Source: Promethearchaeota archaeon
Lineage (GTDB): Archaea; Asgardarchaeota; Lokiarchaeia; Sigyniarchaeales; SOKP01
Length of the DNA: 55,907 nucleotides
Reading direction: 5' to 3'
Assembly (NCBI GenBank): GCA_048941265.1
Contig: JBHLNT010000010.1
Location: forward strand, 1-55,907
Position 1 is the stretch's first letter. Each line of letters starts with the position of its first letter. Under the pieces are notes generated by a model. That model ran no database searches. It was not told the origin of the DNA and saw only the letters and a list, made by a program, of their open reading frames with translations. The translations under genes were made by a program, and so were the position numbers. Positions 30,544-39,023 of the stretch are shown piece after piece.

Positions 30544-30726
30544 TTATATTAAGGTCAAAAGAAAAATAATATAATCATAAAGCCATAGTAAAAACCGTTT
30601 CCTCCGATAATTATTACAACAATCATTCATAAATTTCTTGTCGAGATCGATTTTACAAAATCTCTATTCTGAGAATGACTTGTCTTCATATTTCATTGAA
30701 AATCTACAGTTTTTACAGGATTTCAT
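30544..30726 (-). pseudogene. Small Cys-rich ORF interrupted by an in-frame TAG
   Basis: Manual translation: MKSCKNCRFSMKYEDKSFSE*RFCKIDLDKKFMNDCCNNYRRKRFLLWLYDYIIFLLTLI-stop. TAG at 30664-30666; AGGA upstream of the ATG. Confidence 0.45.
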
Positions 30727-30915
30727 AGATCTTATCCTACAAAAAGTAATTTAATTTGCTAAAGCTTAACAATTATATTATGAAAATTAGAGATTTTAAA
30801 AGTTAGTCTAAATTTATCAAAATTTTATTAATTAATTTAAAATATAAAATTTTAAAATTAATGGGATAAATTATAAAAAGTAATAAATAAATCAAATTAG
30901 CGAGGTTAATAGAGT

Positions 30916-31506
30916 ATGGCAGATTTAAAACTGGAAGTTACGTATTTAGAGAATACAGGACCAGAAAATACCGATAAAGCATTAGAAATTGCGAAGAAAT
31001 ATGCAGATCAACTCAATATTAAAGATATTGTACTTGCGAGTACTACTGGAACTGTTGCCGAGAAAGCTTTAGAGATTTTTAATCCAAATGATTATAATGT
31101 AGTTATCATAACACATTCATATTATTTCGTTAATAGTAGTGTACGACAAGAATTCCCTGAGGATAAGATGGAAACACTAAAACAGAAAGGCCTTAAATTT
31201 CACTGCGGTACTCATGCCATGAGCGGCATTGAGAGAGGATTAAGACTAAAAAAAGAAGCATGGATTTTTGTAGATCTTTTAGCAAAGATGTTAGGGTTTC
31301 AATTTTGTCAGGGAGTGAAAGTGTGTATTGAAATTGCAAGTACTCTTTGCGATGCGGGATTAATTCCGGACCTAGATCGGGATATTATCAGTGTTGGAGG
31401 TACAGGGAGAGGTGCTGATACAGTATGTCTTATAAAACCTGCTCCAACCAGCGAATTTAAGAATCTTAAAGTAAAAGCAATATTAGCAAAACCATTTAAT
31501 TTTTAA
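30916..31506 (+). CDS. Pyruvate-kinase alpha/beta-domain-like protein (DUF1867/MTH1675 type)
   Basis: GPENTD..L..A, IVLASTTG, THAMSGIER, QGVKVCIEI...DAG, GGTGRGADT. Confidence 0.85.
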   Translation: MADLKLEVTYLENTGPENTDKALEIAKKYADQLNIKDIVLASTTGTVAEKALEIFNPNDYNVVIITHSYYFVNSSVRQEFPEDKMETLKQKGLKFHCGTHAMSGIERGLRLKKEAWIFVDLLAKMLGFQFCQGVKVCIEIASTLCDAGLIPDLDRDIISVGGTGRGADTVCLIKPAPTSEFKNLKVKAILAKPFNF

Positions 31507-31556
31507 ATTAGATCTTTAATTCTTTTTTATATTAAATTAAAATTTAAGAAAATATC

Positions 31557-32780
31557 ATGTCAAATCAGGATTATCTAACTGAGATACAGAACATTAGAGA
31601 ATTCTTTTCAGATTTAGTACACTTTACTCCCTTGGAGTTAAATCATACATTTTCTGTAATGTCTAGTAATAAAGTGTACTTAAAACTTGAAAACTTTCAA
31701 AGAACTGGTTCTTTTAAAATCAGGGGAGCTTATAATAAGATTTCAAGATTAACTAATGAACAAAAGAAAGCAGGAGTAATTACGGCCTCAGCTGGTAATC
31801 ATGGTCAAGCAGTTGCTTTAGCGGCTAAAATTTCTAATATCAGATCAATTGTGGTTGTACCTGAAGGAGCACCTATTGTCAAGATTGAAGCTATTAAGAA
31901 TTATAATCCTCTAGGTGAAGTAATTGAGTATGGGCAGACATATGATGAAGCTTATCAAAAAGCGCTTGAGATTAAAAAAGAAAAAAACTGTATTCTTATC
32001 CCTGCTTTTAACGATTTAGATATCATCAAAGGACAAGCTACCATCGGTTATGAGATACTAAAACAACTGCCAGATACTGATTATATTTTCTGTCCGATCG
32101 GAGGTGGAGGATTAATTAGTGGTATTAGCTCATATTGTAAACAAAAGAACAAAAATATCAAAATTATTGGAGTTCAATCTGAAAATGCCCCATCTATGCA
32201 TGAATCCTTTAGGAAAAATAAAATATCATTAATGCAGTTGAAAGAAACTATTTGCGATGGTATTGCCGTTAAACAGCCTGGAGATGTAACCTATGATATG
32301 ATAAAGAAATATATTGATGATATCGTCCTTGTTTCTGATGAAGAAGTTGCAAATACAATTCTACTCTTATTAGAAAGAGCCAAATTATTTGTTGAAGGTG
32401 CTGGAGCAGCTGCATTAGCCGCAATTCTTTATAACAAAATTAAAATTCAAAATAAAAAAGTTGTAGCAGTAATATCGGGAGGCAATTTAACTCCTAATTT
32501 GTTGAATCGAATAATCACAAAAGGACTAATTAAAGGGGGGCGTTTAGTTAAGTTCAAAACGAAAATTCCTGATATCCCTGGAGCCTTAATGAATGTTTTA
32601 AAAATAATTGCAGAAGAAAAAGGTAATATCATCTCAATTACTCATGATAGAGAGCGTTTAGAGCTTGAATATAAAATGACAGAAGTTGTCATTGAACTTG
32701 AAACAAGAGATTTTGAACATATAAATCAAATATTAGCAAATCTAAAAGAACATTATCAAATAGATATTTTAAAATTTTAA
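31557..32780 (+). CDS. ilvA: Threonine ammonia-lyase with C-terminal ACT domain
   Basis: KLENFQRTGSFKIRGA, ASAGNHGQ, GGGGL, ISGGN, ACT domain (PDIPGAL). Confidence 0.93.
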   Translation: MSNQDYLTEIQNIREFFSDLVHFTPLELNHTFSVMSSNKVYLKLENFQRTGSFKIRGAYNKISRLTNEQKKAGVITASAGNHGQAVALAAKISNIRSIVVVPEGAPIVKIEAIKNYNPLGEVIEYGQTYDEAYQKALEIKKEKNCILIPAFNDLDIIKGQATIGYEILKQLPDTDYIFCPIGGGGLISGISSYCKQKNKNIKIIGVQSENAPSMHESFRKNKISLMQLKETICDGIAVKQPGDVTYDMIKKYIDDIVLVSDEEVANTILLLLERAKLFVEGAGAAALAAILYNKIKIQNKKVVAVISGGNLTPNLLNRIITKGLIKGGRLVKFKTKIPDIPGALMNVLKIIAEEKGNIISITHDRERLELEYKMTEVVIELETRDFEHINQILANLKEHYQIDILKF

Positions 32781-32874
32781 AGCTAGTTTATATAAACTAA
32801 AACAAATTAACTTTCTCTTAATTTATTCTCTAATAAATAGAAAAGATTAAGTTAAATAAAACAAAAAGAAAGTC

Positions 32875-33222
32875 ATGGAAGAAGATATAGAAGAACTATT
32901 TCAAAATTGGAATAATTTAAATAAACAAGTCGAAGAATCATTTGGACAGTTTGAATTCTCTTCAGTAAAAGAAGTAAGAGAGAAGCAAAGAAAAATTGAG
33001 GATTCAATTTATGCAACACTTTTAAAAAATGCCTCTGAAGATTTAATGAATATTTTACCCACTGATTGCGGTTCTTTGGAAATCGGATACGATACGGAAA
33101 ATAAAATATTTTACTTTGTAATGCTTGATCCAAAATATGAAGAAAGTGAGGAGATAAAATTATTAGCAATTACGATAGATTCAAACAAAAAAGTGAGTCT
33201 TATTGAAGATTTCAAAGAATAA
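32875..33222 (+). CDS. Hypothetical acidic protein
   Basis: 115-aa ORF co-directional with its neighbours, with protein-like composition. Confidence 0.7.
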   Translation: MEEDIEELFQNWNNLNKQVEESFGQFEFSSVKEVREKQRKIEDSIYATLLKNASEDLMNILPTDCGSLEIGYDTENKIFYFVMLDPKYEESEEIKLLAITIDSNKKVSLIEDFKE

Positions 33223-33260
33223 CCATAATTTTTTTTTAATTATTCGAGGTTAGATCTAGT

Positions 33261-34034
33261 ATGAAAATTGTGTTTCATGAAAGATTTTATGTTTCTAATT
33301 ACTCAATGGACCCTGCGGCTTCTCCGGGGCGTCTGGAAAGTATTATGAAGATTATAAAAAGTAAACCCGAAGATTATGAAATAATTACTCCAGAACCGGC
33401 AACCGAAGAGGATATTTTACGAGCTCATGGAAAAAGGCATTACGAGTACATTAAAAATGAACCTTTATTGTATGAATTGGCAGCTTTAGCTGCGGGCGGT
33501 TCGATATTGGCTGCTGAAGAAGGATTTAAGGGGACTCCAACTTTTGCCGTAATTCGCCCTCCCGGACATCATGCTTCAGCTGACTCTTGTTGGGGTTTCT
33601 GCTTTTTCAATAATATCAGTATAAGTTTGTTAAAACTGTATTCTGAAAAAAACATCAAGTCTGCATTTATTTTGGACTTCGATCTTCATACCGGTGATGG
33701 TAACATCAATATATTGAAAAATAGAAATGATGGTTTTATAGTTAAAATTTTAAACCCTAGTTCTAGTGGTGCTTCGAATTATATAAAAGAGGTGGAAGCT
33801 TATATGCAGAATCTTAAAGATATTGATATTTTTGTAGCGAGTGCAGGATTTGATCAAGGGATCGAAGACTGGGGTCATTTATTACATCCAGAAGATTATA
33901 CAAAACTGGGAAGTTTAATGAAGGAGTATTCAGATAAGTTATGCAATGGCCGGCGTTATGCCCTATTAGAAGGGGGTTATAATCACGATGTATTAGGGAA
34001 AAATGCTGATGCCTTTTGTCAAGGATTTAAATAA
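33261..34034 (+). CDS. Histone deacetylase family (HDAC/AcuC/AphA) Zn-dependent deacetylase
   Basis: RPPGHH, GFCFFNN, DFDLHTGDG, SAGFD, LEGGY. Confidence 0.92.
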   Translation: MKIVFHERFYVSNYSMDPAASPGRLESIMKIIKSKPEDYEIITPEPATEEDILRAHGKRHYEYIKNEPLLYELAALAAGGSILAAEEGFKGTPTFAVIRPPGHHASADSCWGFCFFNNISISLLKLYSEKNIKSAFILDFDLHTGDGNINILKNRNDGFIVKILNPSSSGASNYIKEVEAYMQNLKDIDIFVASAGFDQGIEDWGHLLHPEDYTKLGSLMKEYSDKLCNGRRYALLEGGYNHDVLGKNADAFCQGFK

Positions 34035-34038
34035 ATTT

Positions 34039-34377
34039 TTAAATATTTTTAACTGTATTCAATATTTTTTCCTGAATGATAGCTGGAAACTCATCTAAAG
34101 TTTTTCCTTTATGTTTTTTAAGACAATAACAACAAGATCTCAATTCAGTAATCTTATAATGCTTATATTTATATGGTTTTTTAGGATTGCCTAAGAATAT
34201 TCCACAAAAGATACATTGTTCATACGCTTTAGTATTTTTTGATTTCTCTGAAAGAATTATATATCTAATTAGGGTTCTCCTCTCTTCAGCTCTACGAATC
34301 GCTTTTAAATCAGAGTTAATAAGGCATGATATATTTTCAATATATTTTTCAGGAACTTCCACTTTTACTATTTTCAT
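34039..34377 (-). CDS. Degenerate RHH-like N-terminus + CxxC/CCxC Zn-finger protein (paralogue of the upstream gene)
   Basis: MKIVKVEVPEKYIENI; CIFC...ELRSCCYC...GKTLDEFP. Confidence 0.7.
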   Translation of the reverse strand: MKIVKVEVPEKYIENISCLINSDLKAIRRAEERRTLIRYIILSEKSKNTKAYEQCIFCGIFLGNPKKPYKYKHYKITELRSCCYCLKKHKGKTLDEFPAIIQEKILNTVKNI

Positions 34378-34852
34378 TATTAAATTTTGTATTCTTTTTA
34401 GTTAGTTCTTTATATCTTTCTAATTTCTTTTTAATTTTTCTTGATACCGATTTTGGGAATTCATCTAAAGTTAGACCCTCATATTTTTCAAAACAGGTGC
34501 AACAAAATCTTAATTCATATATATTAAATCCACTAATTTTTTTCGGTTTAGTTTCTGGATGAAGTTTTCTGTCGCAAAGTATGCAATAATTATAGAATTC
34601 TAATTCTCTCTTTTTTTTAAGGTCAACTAATCTTTTAAATTCTATTTTTTGTTGGATTTCCTCCCTCTTTTTACGTTCTACTTGAATATCGGGATAGATC
34701 TTCTCAATTATAGCAAAAAAATACAAATCTTTTTCGAGGCGATCTTCTATTGCTTTTCGTATTAATTCAGATCGAGATCTACCGGTCTTTTCCCCTATTT
34801 CTGTTAGCAATTTTACATAAAAATCAGGCAAATTAATAGTTATATTTCTCAT
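34349..34852 (-). CDS. Ribbon-helix-helix (CopG/MetJ) DNA-binding protein with C-terminal Zn finger
   Basis: MRNITINLPD...SRSELIRKAI; CILC...ELRFCCTC...GLTLDEFP. Confidence 0.8.
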   Translation of the reverse strand: MRNITINLPDFYVKLLTEIGEKTGRSRSELIRKAIEDRLEKDLYFFAIIEKIYPDIQVERKKREEIQQKIEFKRLVDLKKKRELEFYNYCILCDRKLHPETKPKKISGFNIYELRFCCTCFEKYEGLTLDEFPKSVSRKIKKKLERYKELTKKNTKFNNENSKSGSS

Positions 34853-35147
34853 TTTTAACCCTTTTTAGAATCTTATTAATAATATTAATGCAATCTGAAT
34901 TTATAAAGGTTTTGACTACTTAATTACTTAAAAAGTGGATAGAATAGTTTTTAACAAAGATTTAAATGAGATTGAAAAAGTTTAAATGATTTAAGAAGGC
35001 AATCAAAATTTTTTTAGCCATATGATAGTTTTTAATGTTTCCCTTCAAAATTCGAGTAATTTGAGAATTTTAGGATTTAATTATGGCTCTAAAATTTGAG
35101 ATGAAAGAAGTACAAAATAAAAAAAAGAGGTGATTTAAAAAATAAAA

Positions 35148-36470
35148 TCATTTAATTTGAAAAAAGGATTCTTCAAATTCTGGTTTTCCCTTATATTTAG
35201 CCATTAAAAATCCAACACCTGAATCTAAACCTTTAAAAAATGCATTTTGGACTTTTATTCCCGCCTGTTTAAGGGCATCTACTACATCTTCTCTTGCGGG
35301 AGGACAGCCTTGGATTGGGATCAATTCTTTTATGCAAGGGTCATTTTTATTAAGGGTACATTGACATTGCCCAAGTAAAATTGTTTTATTATTACCTTCA
35401 GTTGGTTTCATCCTTTTTCCAGTCAGAATTTCGATCTTGTCATAAGGTTTACCTTTCCATGAATATTTTATTGCTAATAAAATTATGCCGTTTAATCCAG
35501 AGCAATATGTGCACATAGAATTATCATACTTATGGTATTTAAGCCCCTCTACTCCAATTTTCTGAAAAGGAAGCGGCAGATCTCCAGCATCACTGTAAAT
35601 GAAATCCCATTCATGATGTGAGGCCAAACTTTCAATGCTCTCCCCTACAAGTTCAATATCTGATAAATCACCTGGTCTATTCCTTTCTTTTGCAGCAAGT
35701 GCTAAATGAGGTATCTCTGATGGGACAAACCCTAATAGACTGGCACCAACTAAGTCAGCAGAGAGTATATCTTTTGAAGCTACAAGAATATTGCTTCTAT
35801 GAGCCTTTCCATCAATGGCAGGACCACGTTCAAGTGTATAAATTCCATCAATAATAGTTAAAACAGGAGGTAACTTATTAGGAAGGTGAGAGACGTTGTA
35901 ATTCAAGTCATGTACTAGGTCTGGACTATGAAATTTCTTCCGTGAGGCGATACTGATTAAGCCCTTCAGATTTTTAAATGCGATGCTCGCTTTAGCTTGT
36001 GCATGAGTTTTTAGAACCGGAATATCCAGAATATAATCAGCAGCAAGAGCAACAGAACTAAAATTAACTTTAAAATCAAGTCCCATATCTATTTTTTCAA
36101 AGGGGCTCCTAAAAGTATTGATAGCTTTAACCCCATATCTTTCTTTTAGAGTATTATACCCGAGTTTTTCAAACGCATCTGCAGCAGTAAGGTCATCTTT
36201 GGGATCTTCAGTTACTATCCCTTCCCCTATGGTAATATCTTTAATTCCTCGTTCATTAAGAAGAACAACTGCATCCTCTATTACTCGAGATGTAGTAAGT
36301 ACCCCCCATTTTGGAAAATTACTATGTCGGTTCCAGTATACTATATTCGGTTTGATAAATATCTTAGCATCAGTAGGGATATCGTCAAATAATTTGGATT
36401 GGTCGACTACTTTACGAACTGATTCCAATGGTTTTTCATATTTAACAACTGAAACAATAGGTTTATTCAT
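35148..36470 (-). CDS. DUF362-domain Fe-S protein
   Basis: IFIKPN, PVLKTH, KNLKG, IIDGI...EGP-like (ERGP), D.V.A; C-terminal CTYC, GQC, GCPP. Confidence 0.8.
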   Translation of the reverse strand: MNKPIVSVVKYEKPLESVRKVVDQSKLFDDIPTDAKIFIKPNIVYWNRHSNFPKWGVLTTSRVIEDAVVLLNERGIKDITIGEGIVTEDPKDDLTAADAFEKLGYNTLKERYGVKAINTFRSPFEKIDMGLDFKVNFSSVALAADYILDIPVLKTHAQAKASIAFKNLKGLISIASRKKFHSPDLVHDLNYNVSHLPNKLPPVLTIIDGIYTLERGPAIDGKAHRSNILVASKDILSADLVGASLLGFVPSEIPHLALAAKERNRPGDLSDIELVGESIESLASHHEWDFIYSDAGDLPLPFQKIGVEGLKYHKYDNSMCTYCSGLNGIILLAIKYSWKGKPYDKIEILTGKRMKPTEGNNKTILLGQCQCTLNKNDPCIKELIPIQGCPPAREDVVDALKQAGIKVQNAFFKGLDSGVGFLMAKYKGKPEFEESFFQIK

Positions 36471-36660
36471 ATTATCACTTCTTAAACATTATGTAATAAT
36501 TTTCTTCTATTGATATGAATATGAATTGTCTTAAAAATTAAATTATTATTAATAATTTGTATAATGAAAAAAAGTTTAACAATTTTTAATTTAATAATCC
36601 AATAATAAAAAAAAAAATTCTATACTATAATTATGATTTGAAATTAATTCAAAAAAGAAT

Positions 36661-37716
36661 GTGATGAGGGATTTGAGATTTAGTTTCAGTATACCAGTTC
36701 CAACTCCAAGGCTTGAATATATGATCGATGGAACTAAAAAATCCGAGGCCTGTGGATTTTATTCGGTTTTTTATGCTGATCATACAACAATGTTGAATTC
36801 ACCAGGAACCTGCTACGATGCGTTTTCTTTCTTAACAGCTCTCGCTATGGAAACCAAGAAAATAAAATTATGTACGGGTGTTTCCGATTGTCATAGGTTT
36901 AATCCCGCTCTTATGGCTCACAAAGTGGCTACTTTAGATGTTTTTTCAAATGGAAGAGCCATGTTAGGGATAGGGGCAGGAGAAGCTATGAATATAGATT
37001 TATACGGACTTAAAAGAGAGAGATCTTATGCTAAATTAAGCGAATATATCGAATTATTAAGAAAATTTTGGACCAAAAAACGAGTGAACTTTGAGAGTGA
37101 ATTTTGGGGGACAATAAAAAACGGATTTATACAAATTAAACCAATGCAAAAGAGTCCCCCCATTTATGTAGCTGGAAATAGCCCAAAAACACGTAGATTA
37201 GCAGGTGAGTTAGGCGATGGTTGGTATCCTTTCGTAGAGACTCCTTGGACATATAAGGAGAATTATAAAGAGGTAGTGGAAGGCGCTAAAAACGTTGGTC
37301 GGGACCCATCTGAAATCGACTATGTGTACGACTGTTTTGTGGCAATTGACGACGATGATCCCCAAAGAGCAGTCGAAAGATGCGATTTTTTTAAAACCTC
37401 ATATTTAGTAAATCCAACCAAAATTAATCAAGCTTATCCAAATGTTGGTTTACCCGAGGATTTAACAATACATAATATACTTTTGGATGCTCCTGGAGCC
37501 GCTGATTTGTTAAAATGCATTGATCAATTGCCAACAACCATAAATGAAGATCTAAATTGCATTGGAACGACCGACGATGTGATTACAAGTATTGAGAAAT
37601 TTAAAAATTCGGGAACCACCCATCTGGCTTTAATGAACCGCGGTCCTGACGTGGATAGAGTCTATGAGATTTTTCGGAATAAGATTATACCGTATTTTAA
37701 TGAATTAGATAAATAA
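36661..37716 (+). CDS. Luciferase-like (LLM class) flavin/F420-dependent oxidoreductase
   Basis: YADH, ATLDVFSNGRAMLGIGAGE, PPIYVAG, AGELGDGW. Confidence 0.88.
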   Translation: MMRDLRFSFSIPVPTPRLEYMIDGTKKSEACGFYSVFYADHTTMLNSPGTCYDAFSFLTALAMETKKIKLCTGVSDCHRFNPALMAHKVATLDVFSNGRAMLGIGAGEAMNIDLYGLKRERSYAKLSEYIELLRKFWTKKRVNFESEFWGTIKNGFIQIKPMQKSPPIYVAGNSPKTRRLAGELGDGWYPFVETPWTYKENYKEVVEGAKNVGRDPSEIDYVYDCFVAIDDDDPQRAVERCDFFKTSYLVNPTKINQAYPNVGLPEDLTIHNILLDAPGAADLLKCIDQLPTTINEDLNCIGTTDDVITSIEKFKNSGTTHLALMNRGPDVDRVYEIFRNKIIPYFNELDK

Positions 37717-37870
37717 AATACAAGAACTATTTTTTTCAATTTTTTTTTAAAGGATATTCGATGATTTTTAATTGATAAATTAAACTGAATGAAACTATAA
37801 ATATTTTATAAATTAATTATTATCATCAATTGTTACTAAATCAATAAAATAAAAAAGGAAATGATAAAAG

Positions 37871-38938
37871 ATGGTTATAGAAACCAATATTACCAAAATG
37901 TTAGGGATTAAGCATCCCATAATTGCTGCTCCAATGGGGCCATTTTATACGACAAAACTAACAGTTGCCGTCTCCGAGGCGGGTGGGCTCGGAGTTATAA
38001 GTCATGCCTCTGAATTTGAACGCGAAGTCAGTGAGACATTACGTGATACTCAGAGCACACTAAAAGTTATGAAAAGGGATATGGAATACGTGGTTGAGCA
38101 TACTGACAAACCATTTGGATTTAATATAAGGACATCTCGGGTACAAATAGACGCACCATTGTTATGTAAGGAGATCCCGAAATTTATTATGGAAAATCCA
38201 AAATTAAAGGAACAATGTATATATGCAGTTACTAGCGCGGGATCCTCTAAGACACTACCAGAATCAAAATCATTCCAAAAATTAAAGGAAAGTGGTTCCC
38301 AAATAAAGCATTTTCATGTCGCACCCGCTTTATGGCTCGCCGATAAATGTGTAGCTTCAGGAGCAGATGGAGTAGTTATTACGGGAACCGAAGGTGGAGG
38401 ACATCAATCTTATGAAGAAGTCACTTCACTAGTACTTTTACAACAAGTTACGCAAAAATATCCCGATCTCCCAATTGTTGCATGTGGAGGTTTCGCAACT
38501 GGACAAGGATTAGCTTCTGCTTTATCTATGGGAGCAGGAGCAATCGCGATGGGCTCCAGATTCATAGCTTCACAAGAAAGCGAATTTCACCAAACTTATA
38601 AAGATATTGTACCCCCTGCAAGGGCTCAAGACACTTTATTGGCTACAGGCGCCTTTGGTCCCATAAGATTATGGAAAAACAAATATGCTTTCAGTCATCC
38701 TCTTGTAGGATCTAAAGAAGAAAAGATGGCTATGGAAAAACAAACCACCATTCAAGAATTTATAAAGGAATCACAAGCATATCGATTGATTTATGAAGGA
38801 AATACAGAAGATGGGGCTGTACTTCTCGGTCAAAGTATCGGTGTTATAAATAGTATAGAAAAAGTCAGCGATATTATCGAAAAAGTTGTTAGCGATGCCG
38901 AGAAAAGACTTAAAAGCGCGACATCCCAAATTAAATAG
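37871..38938 (+). CDS. Nitronate monooxygenase / FabK-like FMN enoyl reductase family
   Basis: PIIAAPMG, VSEAGGLG, KPFGFN, GTEGGGH, ACGG, MGSRF, GQS. Confidence 0.88.
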   Translation: MVIETNITKMLGIKHPIIAAPMGPFYTTKLTVAVSEAGGLGVISHASEFEREVSETLRDTQSTLKVMKRDMEYVVEHTDKPFGFNIRTSRVQIDAPLLCKEIPKFIMENPKLKEQCIYAVTSAGSSKTLPESKSFQKLKESGSQIKHFHVAPALWLADKCVASGADGVVITGTEGGGHQSYEEVTSLVLLQQVTQKYPDLPIVACGGFATGQGLASALSMGAGAIAMGSRFIASQESEFHQTYKDIVPPARAQDTLLATGAFGPIRLWKNKYAFSHPLVGSKEEKMAMEKQTTIQEFIKESQAYRLIYEGNTEDGAVLLGQSIGVINSIEKVSDIIEKVVSDAEKRLKSATSQIK

Positions 38939-39023
38939 ATATAATCAAATCAATTCATAAAAAAATTATCATTTTTTATTTTTATTTTTTCAATTAATTA
39001 AACTTTTAAAGAAAGAAAAAGGA

